A DNA stretch of 64,000 nucleotides, taken from Bacteroidota bacterium (GTDB lineage: Bacteria > Bacteroidota > Bacteroidia > Chitinophagales > Chitinophagaceae). The stretch is taken from NCBI GenBank assembly GCA_039805185.1, contig JBDLUU010000081.1, positions 11,766-75,765 of the forward strand. Reading direction: 5' to 3'. Of this stretch, positions 48,957-59,550 are shown one piece after another; the stretch's first letter is position 1, and each line of letters begins with the position of its first letter. Under the pieces are notes generated by a model. The model was not told the DNA's origin. It did not search any database and saw only the letters and a list, made by a program, of their open reading frames with translations. The translations under genes and the position numbers were made by a program.

Positions 48957-49673
48957 CTAAACCAACCGGCAATTGAACAGCAATTCAAAATGCTTTTTAA
49001 CCCGATATTTTACTTCCGCCATATCCACTACCCTTCCCAGTTCCTGAGCGAGTGAAGTAACCTGTTTATTCTGAATGCCGCAGGGCACAATATGATTGAA
49101 ATAACTTAAATCGGTGTTTACATTGAAAGCAAAACCGTGCATCGTAATCCAACGGCTGCATTTAATCCCCATGGCACATATTTTTCTTTCCTTACCTTTT
49201 ATATGCGCATCAAGCCATACGCCGGTTTCCCCTAAACTTCTCTCCCCTTTTAAACCATAATCGGCAAGCGTCTTAATAAACACTTCTTCCAGTGTTCTTA
49301 AGTACCAACCCAGGTCTGTTTTAAATCTTTCCAGATCTAAAATGGGATAGCCTACCAGCTGACCAGGACCATGGAAAGTAATATCCCCTCCGCGATTAAT
49401 ATGGAAATATTCTATCCCCTTCTTGATTCTGTCTGCTTCGGATATCAGCACATGCTCTTCTTTTCCGTTTTTACCCAGAGTATACACAGGTGGATGCTCT
49501 ACAAACAGCAGGTGGTGAGTAGTAGGAATTTGTTCCGGGCGGGTATTGGCAGCTTCACCGAATTTAAAATTCATTTTGATATCGGCATTTGCCTTTAACA
49601 ACTTCTCCTGGCTATCCCAGACTTCTTTGTAAGACTTCACTCCCAGATCTTCGAATAGGACTTCTTGCAGCAT
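48957..49673 (-). CDS. lipB: Lipoyl(octanoyl) transferase
   Basis: EHPPVYTLG, RGGDITFHGPGQ, KICAMG, HGFAFN, IVPCGI. Confidence 0.96.
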   Translation of the reverse strand: MLQEVLFEDLGVKSYKEVWDSQEKLLKANADIKMNFKFGEAANTRPEQIPTTHHLLFVEHPPVYTLGKNGKEEHVLISEADRIKKGIEYFHINRGGDITFHGPGQLVGYPILDLERFKTDLGWYLRTLEEVFIKTLADYGLKGERSLGETGVWLDAHIKGKERKICAMGIKCSRWITMHGFAFNVNTDLSYFNHIVPCGIQNKQVTSLAQELGRVVDMAEVKYRVKKHFELLFNCRLV

Positions 49674-49689
49674 ACCACAAAAATAAAGC

Positions 49690-49697
49690 TAATTTTG
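49690..49697 (+). promoter_or_regulatory. Primary-sigma -7 box upstream of rluD-like gene
   Basis: TAATTTTG 4 nt before ATG 49702. Confidence 0.5.
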
Positions 49698-49701
49698 CCC
49701 T

Positions 49702-50739
49702 ATGCACGTAGATACCGAATTAATTTCAGAAGAACAGTCTGATGCCCTATACGAAAGAAAAGTCTTTATTGTAGACAAGGGCCAGGAGCCCTACAGAATT
49801 GACAAATGGGTACAAATGCATATGGAAGGTTCTACCCGGAGCAAAGTGCAACAAGGCATTGAAGCTGGTTTTTTAACGGTTAATGGAAAAACGGTTAAAA
49901 GCAACTATAAAATAAAACCAGGTGATGAAATTGTGCTGATGAGCCTGGTAAATCCGGAACATACTGTTCTTAAAGAAGAACCCATTCCGCTAAATATTGT
50001 TTATGAAGACGACGCACTAATGGTAATTAATAAACCAGCCAATATGGTTGTTCATCCGGGTGTTGGAAATTTCAGCGGAACATTATTGAATGGGGTGGCT
50101 TTTTATCTGCGCCAGCAAAACCCGAATGTAAACGAAGAGAGTTTACCCAGATTTGGATTGGTGCACCGTATTGATAAGAACACAACCGGATTGATTGTTT
50201 TGGCTAAAACAGGAGAAGCGGCTGCTCATCTGGCCAAGCAGTTTTTTAATCATACGGTCAGCCGAAAATATACAGCCCTGGTATGGGGGAATATGGAAGC
50301 GGAAGAAGGAACCATCAATGCGCATATAGCCCGGCACAAACAACACAGAAAAATGTTTGATGCTTATCCGGAAGGTGAAACGGGAAAACACGCCATCACC
50401 CATTACAAAGTGCTGGAAAGATTTAACTATGTAACCTTGGTTGAATGCCAGTTGGAAACAGGAAGAACGCATCAGATCAGGGTACATATGAAGCATATTG
50501 GCCACACTTTGTTTAACGACTTTGAATATGGGGGAGACAAAATTTTAAAAGGCACGATATACGCAAAATACAAGCAGTTTGTAGACAACTGTTTTGAAGT
50601 TTGCCCCCGATGTGCTTTGCATGCTACCACATTAGGATTCATTCATCCGGTTACAGGAAAGGAAATTTTTTTTGAAACTGAACTTCCACAAGACATGAAG
50701 CTGGTGATTGAGAAATGGAGATCATATAGCAAGGTTTAA
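49702..50739 (+). CDS. rluD: RluA/RluD family 23S rRNA pseudouridine synthase
   Basis: N-terminal S4 domain, NKPA, VHRIDKNTTG, LETGRTHQIRVH, LHA. Confidence 0.9.
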   Translation: MHVDTELISEEQSDALYERKVFIVDKGQEPYRIDKWVQMHMEGSTRSKVQQGIEAGFLTVNGKTVKSNYKIKPGDEIVLMSLVNPEHTVLKEEPIPLNIVYEDDALMVINKPANMVVHPGVGNFSGTLLNGVAFYLRQQNPNVNEESLPRFGLVHRIDKNTTGLIVLAKTGEAAAHLAKQFFNHTVSRKYTALVWGNMEAEEGTINAHIARHKQHRKMFDAYPEGETGKHAITHYKVLERFNYVTLVECQLETGRTHQIRVHMKHIGHTLFNDFEYGGDKILKGTIYAKYKQFVDNCFEVCPRCALHATTLGFIHPVTGKEIFFETELPQDMKLVIEKWRSYSKV

Positions 50740-50855
50740 CATTTTCTTAGCAGCACCCCTCCCAAACAACAGCTAATGAATTGATAAATAAAACAGGAAG
50801 CTGAAAAAAATCCGTAGTATTACGCAAATTTGTACTGAGAGAAAATTTACACTAC

Positions 50856-52526
50856 ATGATTCGCGGAAATGTGCTTGCCATTCTGTTAGGAATGGGTTTT
50901 ACGTATTCTTCATTTGCTCAAACAGAAACGCCCAAGGGCTGGCATCTGATGGATTGGGAAACCAATCAGCTACATGGAATCAGTTTAAAGAAGGCCTACG
51001 AACTGCTTCAACAAAAAAATAAGAAATCTCAGAACGTAATTGTGGCAGTGCTCGACTCAGGTATTGACACTACACACGAAGACCTGAAGGATGTTTTATG
51101 GAGAAACACAAGAGAGATTCCCGGCAACGGTATTGACGACGATAAAAACGGATACATAGATGATGTATATGGATGGAATTTTTTAGGCGGCCGAAATGGT
51201 GCCAGTCTTAAAAAAGCCGGTGACGAAAGGGCACGCGTTTACCACCGATGGAAAGAGCAGTTTTTAGGAAAGGCCATTGATACAATCTCAATGGACGCAC
51301 AAAACAAACTCAATTATAAAATGTGGCTAAAAGCCGCGAATGAATTGAATTTTAGTCAGGAGGAAATGACTGAATTAATGTTTATTGAAGTTACCGCAAA
51401 AGCCCTGAAAAGACACGACAAAGTTTTAAGGCAGGAAATGGGTGTGGAAGAATATAGCTGCGAAAAACTGGAAAAATTTGAACCCATAACCAAAACCGGC
51501 AGAGATGCCAAACTGGGATTCCTGACAGTCATGAAAATGCTGCAAATGGATCCTGAGGAGAAAAACACGCTTGCCTTAAAAGAGCTGGACGAATTTATTG
51601 AGGGTAAAAAAACAGCATTTGAATCCAGAGAAGTTGCCCCCTATAATTACAGAGCAGAAATTGTTGGCGACAATTATTTCGACTTGAATGACCGGTTTTA
51701 TGGAAACAACGATGTAATGGGCCCGAGTCCAACACATGGAACACACGTGTCTGGTATTATTGCAGCAAAAAGAAACAATAATGTCGGTATTGACGGGGTA
51801 GCAGACCATGTTAAACTCATGACGCTAAGAGTAGTTCCTGATGGAGATGAATACGACAAGGATGTGGCTATGGCCATCAGGTATGCGGTAGACAATGGTG
51901 CTAAAATCATCAATATGAGTTTTGGCAAATCCTTCTCACCGGAAAAACCCTGGGTAGACAGTGCTATAAAATATGCCGAGTATAAAGATGTTTTACTGAT
52001 TCATGCTTCCGGAAATGATGCTGAGAATCTTGATTCTGTAGAGAACTTTCCCAATCCCTGGTTAACGCCCTGGAAAACATTTGCGAAGAACTATATTACT
52101 GTTGGAGCAAGCAGCGATTTAAGCATAGGACCAAGTATTGCAGCCGACTTCAGCAGTTATGGAAAATCACAGGTAGATTTATTTGCCCCGGGGGTTAAAA
52201 TTTATTCTACCCTGCCTGGGGGGAATAACTATGGAAACCAAAAAGGAACTAGTATGGCCACTCCTATTGTAACAGGAATTGCCGCTATTTTAAAATCCTA
52301 TTTCCCTCACTTCACTGCCATAGAAATCAAAAACATTATTGAACAATCTGTCTTTAAACCAGAAAGCACTATCCCCTGTATGAAGCCTGGATCGGAAGAG
52401 GAAAATATCCCCTTTGAACATCTATCCAAAACAGGCGGCATTGCCAATGCCTACAATGCAGTAAAAACAGCATTAGAATACAAAAACATAATCCCTGCAA
52501 AAAACAACAACTCAACAAAAAAATAA
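50856..52526 (+). CDS. Secreted S8 subtilisin-like peptidase
   Basis: VLDSG, HGTHVSG, GTSMATP triad; signal peptide. Confidence 0.92.
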   Translation: MIRGNVLAILLGMGFTYSSFAQTETPKGWHLMDWETNQLHGISLKKAYELLQQKNKKSQNVIVAVLDSGIDTTHEDLKDVLWRNTREIPGNGIDDDKNGYIDDVYGWNFLGGRNGASLKKAGDERARVYHRWKEQFLGKAIDTISMDAQNKLNYKMWLKAANELNFSQEEMTELMFIEVTAKALKRHDKVLRQEMGVEEYSCEKLEKFEPITKTGRDAKLGFLTVMKMLQMDPEEKNTLALKELDEFIEGKKTAFESREVAPYNYRAEIVGDNYFDLNDRFYGNNDVMGPSPTHGTHVSGIIAAKRNNNVGIDGVADHVKLMTLRVVPDGDEYDKDVAMAIRYAVDNGAKIINMSFGKSFSPEKPWVDSAIKYAEYKDVLLIHASGNDAENLDSVENFPNPWLTPWKTFAKNYITVGASSDLSIGPSIAADFSSYGKSQVDLFAPGVKIYSTLPGGNNYGNQKGTSMATPIVTGIAAILKSYFPHFTAIEIKNIIEQSVFKPESTIPCMKPGSEEENIPFEHLSKTGGIANAYNAVKTALEYKNIIPAKNNNSTKK

Positions 52527-52527
52527 A

Positions 52528-53037
52528 ATGGCAAAACCTTTACCAGGAGACTACCCCTCCTACTTCAACGGTTATATTCAAAAAGTTGAACTAGACAATG
52601 TTCAGGACCTGGTGAATACCCTATCGCAAGCTCTTACCTATTACTTTTTGAATTTACCGGACGACAAAGCTGAATACCGGTATGCTGAAGATAAATGGAC
52701 AATGAAAGATATGTTACAACATATTATTGATACGGAAAGAATTATGCAATACCGACTTCTGAGAATTTCCCGAAACGACAAAACACCATTACCAGGTTTT
52801 GACGAGAACGAATATGCTGTTTCGGCTGACGCCAATAAAAGATCATTTATAGAACTCAAAGAAGAATTCAAGGCACTTAGAAAATCGACCGATTTGTTGC
52901 TGAAATCATTAACTGAATCACAACTACAGCAAACAGGCAATGCCAGCAACCATCCAATCACGGCCAATGCCATTGCATTTATTATTTTCGGTCACTTGAT
53001 ACATCACAAACATATTATTGAAGAGAGGTACTTGTAG
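52528..53037 (+). CDS. DinB family protein
   Basis: KWTMKDMLQHIIDTER, LPGFDEN, GHLIHH. Confidence 0.9.
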   Translation: MAKPLPGDYPSYFNGYIQKVELDNVQDLVNTLSQALTYYFLNLPDDKAEYRYAEDKWTMKDMLQHIIDTERIMQYRLLRISRNDKTPLPGFDENEYAVSADANKRSFIELKEEFKALRKSTDLLLKSLTESQLQQTGNASNHPITANAIAFIIFGHLIHHKHIIEERYL

Positions 53038-53072
53038 CAAGATTACCTGAATATTGAAGACCATATACAAAC

Positions 53073-53103
53073 AAAAACCCGGATCAAATTGATCCGGGTT
53101 TTT
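53073..53103. terminator. Bidirectional intrinsic terminator between DinB and YceI genes
   Basis: AAAAACCCGGATCA-aat-TGATCCGGGTTTTT perfect 14-bp inverted repeat. Confidence 0.88.
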
Positions 53104-53139
53104 CACATTATCTTTACCACTTGTTGGAGGGAAACGCGA

Positions 53140-53712
53140 TTATTTAGTAGCGAACAAGTGTACGGCTACCTGTACTTCTTTAGCGATATTACCAATACCG
53201 TAGTTGATGCCAAATAAAGTTCTGTCCATTGAGAAGAACGCTTCAGCAAATAAACCCTTATCATCAGCGCTTCTGATAACTGCATTGAAACTTACAGGCA
53301 GGCTAGCTCCTTTTAAGTTTAATGTTCCGTTGATGGTTGCATTGTTCTCATCAGCGTAGGTTACAGAATTGATTTTGTAAGTAGCTTCTCCGTATTTAGC
53401 AACTTCAAAGAAATCAGCTGCTTTTAAGTGACCTTCCAGTTTTGCTCCCGCAGCATCAGTAACTTTTAAGTTTGCTAAATCAATTACAAATTCACCACCG
53501 GTAACCTTGCCATTGTTAACCTGAACTGCTCCACTCTTTACAGTAAAGTATCCTGTATGAAAATCATTTTTCTTAGAGCCTACCCAGTCTACTCTGCTTT
53601 TACCTGCTTCTACTTTGTAAGTAACTACATCCATTGTTTTATTCACTGTGGTAAATGAATAAACACCCGCTAAAAAAGCTGTACCTAACAGCGCTAATGC
53701 AAATTTTTTCAT
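53140..53712 (-). CDS. YceI family lipid/polyisoprenoid-binding protein
   Basis: SRVDWVG, HLKAADFFEV.KY, GTLNLKG, DRT.FGI. Confidence 0.9.
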   Translation of the reverse strand: MKKFALALLGTAFLAGVYSFTTVNKTMDVVTYKVEAGKSRVDWVGSKKNDFHTGYFTVKSGAVQVNNGKVTGGEFVIDLANLKVTDAAGAKLEGHLKAADFFEVAKYGEATYKINSVTYADENNATINGTLNLKGASLPVSFNAVIRSADDKGLFAEAFFSMDRTLFGINYGIGNIAKEVQVAVHLFATK

Positions 53713-53804
53713 GTTGATTTTGTTTAATGTTTCAAAATTAGTGAAATTTAATGTTACAACAACAAATTTTTAAAAAGGTTTAAAATCTGCACGTTGGATT
53801 ATCT

Positions 53805-53812
53805 TATCTTTG
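53805..53812 (+). promoter_or_regulatory. Primary-sigma -7 box upstream of sucC
   Basis: TATCTTTG 15 nt before ATG 53828. Confidence 0.55.
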
Positions 53813-53827
53813 CAAAAATTGTTCCAT

Positions 53828-55039
53828 ATGAATCTTCATGAGTACCAGGCAAAAGAATTACTCAAAAAATACCAAGTTCCAGTGCAGGAAGGTATTGCAG
53901 TAGATACGGTGATGGCTGCAGAGGAAGCTTACCGTCAAATTAAAACCCAGACCGGCAATAATTTCGCAGTTGTGAAAGCCCAGATTCATGCTGGTGGCCG
54001 CGGTAAGGGTAAAATTGTGGGAACCGAACAAAGAGGGGTTGCCGTTGCTAAAAGTGCTGAAGATGTAACCAATATTGCAAAAAATATTCTTGGAGGCACA
54101 TTGGTTACTATTCAAACAGGCGAAGCAGGAAAAAAAGTAAATAAAATTCTGGTTGCTCAGGACGTTTATTATCCGGGTCCCAATCCGGTAAAGGAATTCT
54201 ACCTGTCAATTCTGTTAGACCGTGCCAAAGGCATGAATGTGGTAATGTACAGTACAGAAGGTGGAATGGATATTGAAGAAGTAGCTCACCATACTCCTGA
54301 AAAGATTTTTAAAGAGTGGGTTCACCCGGGTGGTGGATTGCAGGGTTTCCAGGCAAGAAAAATTGCTTTCAACCTTGGCTTAAGTGGTGAAGCATTTAAG
54401 AACTGCGTGAAGTTCGTTACCAATTTATATAATGCATATGTTGGTTTAGACTGTGGCATGTTAGAAATTAACCCATTGTTTAAGACAAGTGATGAAAAAA
54501 TCATTGCAGTTGACTGTAAAATGAATATAGACGACAACGCTCTGATGCGTCATCCTGATGTTGCTGCCTTAAGAGATGTAACTGAAGAAGATCCAACTGA
54601 AGTGGAAGCTGGTCAGTACAATCTGAACTTTGTAAAACTGGATGGTAACGTAGGTTGTATGGTAAACGGCGCCGGACTTGCTATGGCTACCATGGATATG
54701 ATTAAATTAAGTGGTGGAGAACCCGCTAACTTCCTGGATGTAGGTGGTACCGCAAATGCGCAGACTGTTGAAGCTGGTTTCAGAATCATTATGAAGGATC
54801 CAAACGTAAAAGCAATCCTGATTAATATCTTTGGCGGTATCGTAAGATGTGACCGTGTTGCTGCGGGTGTAATTGAAGCTTACAACAAATTAGGCAACAT
54901 CAATATTCCTATTATTGTAAGATTGCAAGGAACCAATGCGGTTGAAGCAAAAAAATTGATTGATGAAAGCGGATTAAAAGTACAGTCTGCTATTCAGCTA
55001 AGTGAAGCAGCTGCCCTGGTAAAACAAGCAGTAGCCTAA
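53828..55039 (+). CDS. sucC: Succinyl-CoA synthetase beta subunit
   Basis: MNLHEYQAK, KAQIHAGGRGK, NGAGLAMATMD, NFLDVGG, NIFGGIVRCD. Confidence 0.97.
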   Translation: MNLHEYQAKELLKKYQVPVQEGIAVDTVMAAEEAYRQIKTQTGNNFAVVKAQIHAGGRGKGKIVGTEQRGVAVAKSAEDVTNIAKNILGGTLVTIQTGEAGKKVNKILVAQDVYYPGPNPVKEFYLSILLDRAKGMNVVMYSTEGGMDIEEVAHHTPEKIFKEWVHPGGGLQGFQARKIAFNLGLSGEAFKNCVKFVTNLYNAYVGLDCGMLEINPLFKTSDEKIIAVDCKMNIDDNALMRHPDVAALRDVTEEDPTEVEAGQYNLNFVKLDGNVGCMVNGAGLAMATMDMIKLSGGEPANFLDVGGTANAQTVEAGFRIIMKDPNVKAILINIFGGIVRCDRVAAGVIEAYNKLGNINIPIIVRLQGTNAVEAKKLIDESGLKVQSAIQLSEAAALVKQAVA

Positions 55040-55060
55040 TTTCAATCAGCTATATAAATG

Positions 55061-55092
55061 AAGCCATGGAAGTCCTCTTCTATGGCTTTTTT
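55061..55092 (+). terminator. Intrinsic terminator after sucC
   Basis: AAGCCATGGAAG-tcct-CTTCTATGGCTT (12 bp, one G-U) plus T-run. Confidence 0.75.
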
Positions 55093-55729
55093 ATTTGCTC
55101 TTATTTTCCTGAATGGGCTTTACTTCAGTGATGGCGCTAATGGTATAAAGCAAACCTGTTTTTATTTCTGCACAGACATATCTTTTCCGGCGAAGCTCCC
55201 CTTTTTGAAAAATTTTCCCATTGGAGATCATGAAAACGGTTCCAACAGGGATATCGCAAAGTAAACAAATCCCTTCTTGTTTATGGGGATTATATTTCCG
55301 GAGCTTTTTCAACAATTCCGTTTCCCCATTGGCCGTTGCAGCAGGAGAAATGATGGATTTTTCGAGGGCTTTCACAATATCATCGGGAAATACTTTCAGC
55401 TCTACAAAATGCACCAGCAATTGACTATAAAGACGCTTCCATTCTTTTCCATGGGCAGGAACGGTGTTCTTATATTGTTCAAAAGTTAATAGGTGAGCCA
55501 ATTCATGCAGTAGCGTAATCAGGAACTCATATTTATTCAGATTCCCGTTTACACTAATTCTGTGGTTATTTCCCTGGAATGCATGCCGATAGTCTCCCAG
55601 AACGGTTTTGCGGCTTCTGGCAACCGTCAGGTGTACCTTATATTGATACAGGTATTGTACTACGTGATCAAAACTTCCTTCAGGCAAAAACTCAGCCAGA
55701 TCTTTCAGCGGATGTTCAGTTGCCGCCAT
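55091..55729 (-). CDS. SprT-like zinc metalloprotease domain protein
   Basis: TLLHELAHL (HExxH), HGKEWK. Confidence 0.88.
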   Translation of the reverse strand: MAATEHPLKDLAEFLPEGSFDHVVQYLYQYKVHLTVARSRKTVLGDYRHAFQGNNHRISVNGNLNKYEFLITLLHELAHLLTFEQYKNTVPAHGKEWKRLYSQLLVHFVELKVFPDDIVKALEKSIISPAATANGETELLKKLRKYNPHKQEGICLLCDIPVGTVFMISNGKIFQKGELRRKRYVCAEIKTGLLYTISAITEVKPIQENKSK

Positions 55730-56123
55730 CTTTATTCGCCTGATTAATTTTCAGAGAAAGTTTTACTTCCAGCCAGGTATACATGATATATAAAGCCATT
55801 CCTAAAAATATGGCATTCACACTTTTGTTTTCACCGGCGTTGTAGAGATAAACAATGGCCGCTGAACCCAGTACAAATAATTTTAAAACAACCGTACTCA
55901 TTACCGCTCTTACCATGGCATGGGGGTTGGTGTTTTTTGACTGTTTTAATTGTTGCTGTAAACTAAACATACTGATAGCAAACAACAACAGATTGGTAGA
56001 AGCCACCACCCAAGGATTGATTTCCTGTTTTTTTAAAAAATAGGCAATCATTATACAGAGCAGATTAACCAGTATAAATAAATAAACGATTGGACGAAAG
56101 GGCTTGAATAAAAGTTGAGACAT
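55716..56123 (-). CDS. Small four-TM membrane protein of unknown function
   Basis: Four hydrophobic segments in 135 aa. Confidence 0.7.
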   Translation of the reverse strand: MSQLLFKPFRPIVYLFILVNLLCIMIAYFLKKQEINPWVVASTNLLLFAISMFSLQQQLKQSKNTNPHAMVRAVMSTVVLKLFVLGSAAIVYLYNAGENKSVNAIFLGMALYIMYTWLEVKLSLKINQANKDGGN

Positions 56124-56132
56124 AGAAATAAA

Positions 56133-56528
56133 TTAATCGTTTGAAGCTTCCACTTTAGGCAAATTCAGCGGAACGGTATCCAGGGTTGCCGGCTTATCCC
56201 CTGCCAGTACTTTTTTGATTCCTTCCAGGTATTGTTCCTTGTATCGTATTTCATTTTCCAGTGAATCAGTCCTGATTTTCAGGAGCTGCAGCGCAGTTCT
56301 GCTTTCCTTGGTTCCGTAACCTGGAATATAGTACTTTAAAGGAGAAAAGGCAATCAAGGCAATGGTTAATCCTATCAGTAGTACAAAAACAGTACTCAAC
56401 CCAATGTAAACACTTAATCTGGACAACCTGAAGGCAATCATTTCCTCATAGGTATCATCATTCATGATGACCAGGCGATAGGTATTCCGCAACCTTTTGA
56501 AAGTACTTCCTGTGTTTATTTTATCCAT
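56133..56528 (-). CDS. Protein resembling the N-terminal membrane/coiled-coil part of Bacteroidota M23 peptidases, without catalytic domain
   Basis: YRLVIMNDDTYEE..FRLSRL...IAFSPLKYYIPGY; ends before any HxxxD/HxH motif. Confidence 0.65.
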   Translation of the reverse strand: MDKINTGSTFKRLRNTYRLVIMNDDTYEEMIAFRLSRLSVYIGLSTVFVLLIGLTIALIAFSPLKYYIPGYGTKESRTALQLLKIRTDSLENEIRYKEQYLEGIKKVLAGDKPATLDTVPLNLPKVEASND

Positions 56529-56612
56529 ACTGTAAAAACTGGGTTAAAGGTACGGATTGGTATGGTTTTAAATGGGTATGCTTGAGAAATAACTGTAATT
56601 TTAAGGGATTTT

Positions 56613-59522
56613 ATGCGCAACCGAAAATTTAGACAGTACTGGACCCTGACAGGTATTTTACTACTCAGTTGTTCACTCATTGGTGCACAGCCGAATACCT
56701 CAGTAGAAATTCCCAAACAGGAAAAATACCAGAACAGGGTTCTGGCATCAGAAAAAACAGGCAATAAAAAATTTACTGTTCCCAAAAGGCTGTATAACAA
56801 TACCGTAAGCCATTACAATTATTATTTCAATGCTTCCAATAAATTAAAAGATATCATCAGCAACGCAAAGTTGCAACACAAGGAGAATTACAGGGAGCTA
56901 CTGCCCTTTTATAATTACTCACTAAACGAAACCGCCAAGGGGCAAATTGACAGCATCATCTATAAATGTACGGCAGGGATTCTTTTACATGATCTCAGGA
57001 GTGATTGGGTAGATCAGTTTTATCTGCTATTGGGAAATGCCTATCTGTATCGCAAAGACTATGACTCTGCAACCTATGTATTTAATTATATCAATTATGC
57101 TTTTGCTGCCAAGGAAGATGGCTACGATGTACCCATAGGAAGCAATGTAAGCAGTAAGGGAGGCTCATTCTCTGTTAGTACAGATGAGAAACGTTCTTTC
57201 TGGAAAAAAATATCATCTCCTGCACCTGCGCGCAACGAAAGTTTTCTTTTACAGGCCAGAAATTTTATAGAACAGGAAAAACTGGAAGAAGCTGAATCAC
57301 TTTTACAAATACTGGCAGCAGATCGTTTTTTTCCGGAGAGATTAAAAACAGCCTGGCACGAACAATATGCTTATTTATTATACAAGGAAAAAAAATACGA
57401 CAGTGCTGCTTTTCATTTGACCAAAGCCCTTCCCAATGCATCCAATAATCAGGAATCAGCCAGATGGGAATATTTGGCGGCTCAACTCTACAGCCTGGCC
57501 AATAAAGACTCAATAGCAATTGTTTGGTTCGAAAAAGCAATCAAACAAACGATTGATCCTTATTTGGATGTATATGCGCGATTAAATATTGCTGCCTTAT
57601 CAGCAGACGGGGAAAAAGATGCAGTTAATTTTCATCTTAGCCAGTTACTATCCATGGCTAAAAGAGAAAAGTATCAGTCTTTCAGAGATCTGATTTATTA
57701 TGCCGCTGCAGAACTGGCCATGTCTCAGAAAAATTATCAGCAGGCAAGCGGATATCTGAACAAAAGCATATTATTCAATGAGAAAAATGCAGAACAAAAA
57801 GCAAGATCTTTCTTCCTGTTGTCAGAAGCAATGTATTTACAAAAAAAATACATTGAGTCTTCTGCTGCCATGGACAGCGTAAACACTCAATTGCTTACTG
57901 AAAAAGAAGCATACAAAGCCAGCAATATCAAAAGTCCACTACAAAAAATTGCGAAGGGATTCCTGATTGTAAACAGAGAAGATAGCTTACAAAGAGTGGC
58001 TGCTTTGCCAACAGCTGAAAGGGAAGCATACTTAAATAGTTTACTGAAGAAGCTGAGAAAAGAAAGAGGAATAAAGGAAAGCGAAACCGAAGGAAGTATT
58101 GGCTTTGGCGGGAACATGGTTTCTGCAGCAGACTTGTTTGGCAACTCGGGAGCAGGCGGATTTTATTTTGCCAACAATTCTTTAAAAACGAAGGGCTTGT
58201 CCGACTTTAAAGCCAAATGGGGGAACCGCCCCAATATTGACAACTGGAGACGACAGTCGGCTGTAGACAGGAACTTTAGCGTAGCAAGTATTGACACAGA
58301 CGAAAAGAACTACAAAAATACCAATGCCGCAACTCCTGTACTGAGTTTTACCGTATTAGAAGATAGTCTGCCTTTAACACCGGAAAAATTATTGATCTCC
58401 AACAATGCCATTACAGAATCTTTATTAAAAAATGCCAATACTTTTCAATATGAACTCAATGATCCAGTTGCAGCAATAGAAACGTATGAATTGCTGTCTA
58501 AAAGGTTTTCAGAAAGTGCTGTATTGGAAGACACATGGTTCCAGTTAAACAATGCCTATAAAAAAGTAAATCAATTTGAAAAAGCTGATTCAGTAAAGCA
58601 ACTGCTGCAGTCATTTTATCCAAAAGGAAAGAATAACCAAATCTTACTCAATAAAGGCAAAGAACAAACAGACCCGGCAATTGGATTGTACCAGGATATA
58701 TATAACCAGTTTATCAGCGGCGACTTTGAAAAAGCTTTGCTTAAAAAGCAAAATGCAGACAAGCAACTGGGAAGCTCTTACTGGACTCCGCAGTTTCTAT
58801 ATATTGAAGCACTGTACTACGTAAAACAACAGCAGGACAGTCTTGCCAAAAACAAGCTGAACAACCTTATCAGCATGTTTAAAGCACACCCGCTGGCAGA
58901 AAAAGCCAAAACCTTTTTAGACGTTATCAGCCGAAGAAAAGAAATTGAAAATTATCTTAGGCAACTATCTATTGAAAGACCTATTGAAATCCCTGATAAA
59001 AAAATTGATCTGAATAGCACACAGGCAGAAGATGTTCCCATTACCGTTAAAGCTCCAGTAAAAGTGAATGTACCCGCTGCTGCACCTGCACCATCTACCA
59101 TTAAAGCAGCACCCATAGAAAAAGTAGTTGCTCCGGCAACCTACCAGTTCAACGCATCCGATTCGCAGTTTGTTGCAATAGCACTTTACAAGGTTGACCC
59201 TGTATTTGTTAGTGAGGCCAAAAATGCCTGGAATCGTTTTAATCAGGAAAGATATTATAATCAGAAACTGCCCATTAGTATAATCAGGGTAAATGAGTCT
59301 GAGCAGATTTTAATAATGGGGCCTTTTGCCAATGCAGCAGAAGCAAGCACTTATACAGACAGGAACAGGCCATTGGCAAGTTCCCGGGTAACCCCATGGC
59401 TGGAAACATCCAAATTTAGTTTTGCCATCATCAGCAGGGATAACCTGGATTTACTTTTAAAAAAGGGAGAAACAACCACATACTGGCAAATGTTGCGAAA
59501 TCTGTTCCCCGATAAATATTAA
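56613..59522 (+). CDS. Type IX secretion periplasmic TPR lipoprotein PorW/SprE-like
   Basis: LLLSC lipobox, YNNTVSHYNYYFNA, many TPRs, WGNRPNIDNWRR, SPOR-like C-terminus. Confidence 0.8.
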   Translation: MRNRKFRQYWTLTGILLLSCSLIGAQPNTSVEIPKQEKYQNRVLASEKTGNKKFTVPKRLYNNTVSHYNYYFNASNKLKDIISNAKLQHKENYRELLPFYNYSLNETAKGQIDSIIYKCTAGILLHDLRSDWVDQFYLLLGNAYLYRKDYDSATYVFNYINYAFAAKEDGYDVPIGSNVSSKGGSFSVSTDEKRSFWKKISSPAPARNESFLLQARNFIEQEKLEEAESLLQILAADRFFPERLKTAWHEQYAYLLYKEKKYDSAAFHLTKALPNASNNQESARWEYLAAQLYSLANKDSIAIVWFEKAIKQTIDPYLDVYARLNIAALSADGEKDAVNFHLSQLLSMAKREKYQSFRDLIYYAAAELAMSQKNYQQASGYLNKSILFNEKNAEQKARSFFLLSEAMYLQKKYIESSAAMDSVNTQLLTEKEAYKASNIKSPLQKIAKGFLIVNREDSLQRVAALPTAEREAYLNSLLKKLRKERGIKESETEGSIGFGGNMVSAADLFGNSGAGGFYFANNSLKTKGLSDFKAKWGNRPNIDNWRRQSAVDRNFSVASIDTDEKNYKNTNAATPVLSFTVLEDSLPLTPEKLLISNNAITESLLKNANTFQYELNDPVAAIETYELLSKRFSESAVLEDTWFQLNNAYKKVNQFEKADSVKQLLQSFYPKGKNNQILLNKGKEQTDPAIGLYQDIYNQFISGDFEKALLKKQNADKQLGSSYWTPQFLYIEALYYVKQQQDSLAKNKLNNLISMFKAHPLAEKAKTFLDVISRRKEIENYLRQLSIERPIEIPDKKIDLNSTQAEDVPITVKAPVKVNVPAAAPAPSTIKAAPIEKVVAPATYQFNASDSQFVAIALYKVDPVFVSEAKNAWNRFNQERYYNQKLPISIIRVNESEQILIMGPFANAAEASTYTDRNRPLASSRVTPWLETSKFSFAIISRDNLDLLLKKGETTTYWQMLRNLFPDKY

Positions 59523-59550
59523 TTTTACCCCCTTAAACATAGATTGAGAA

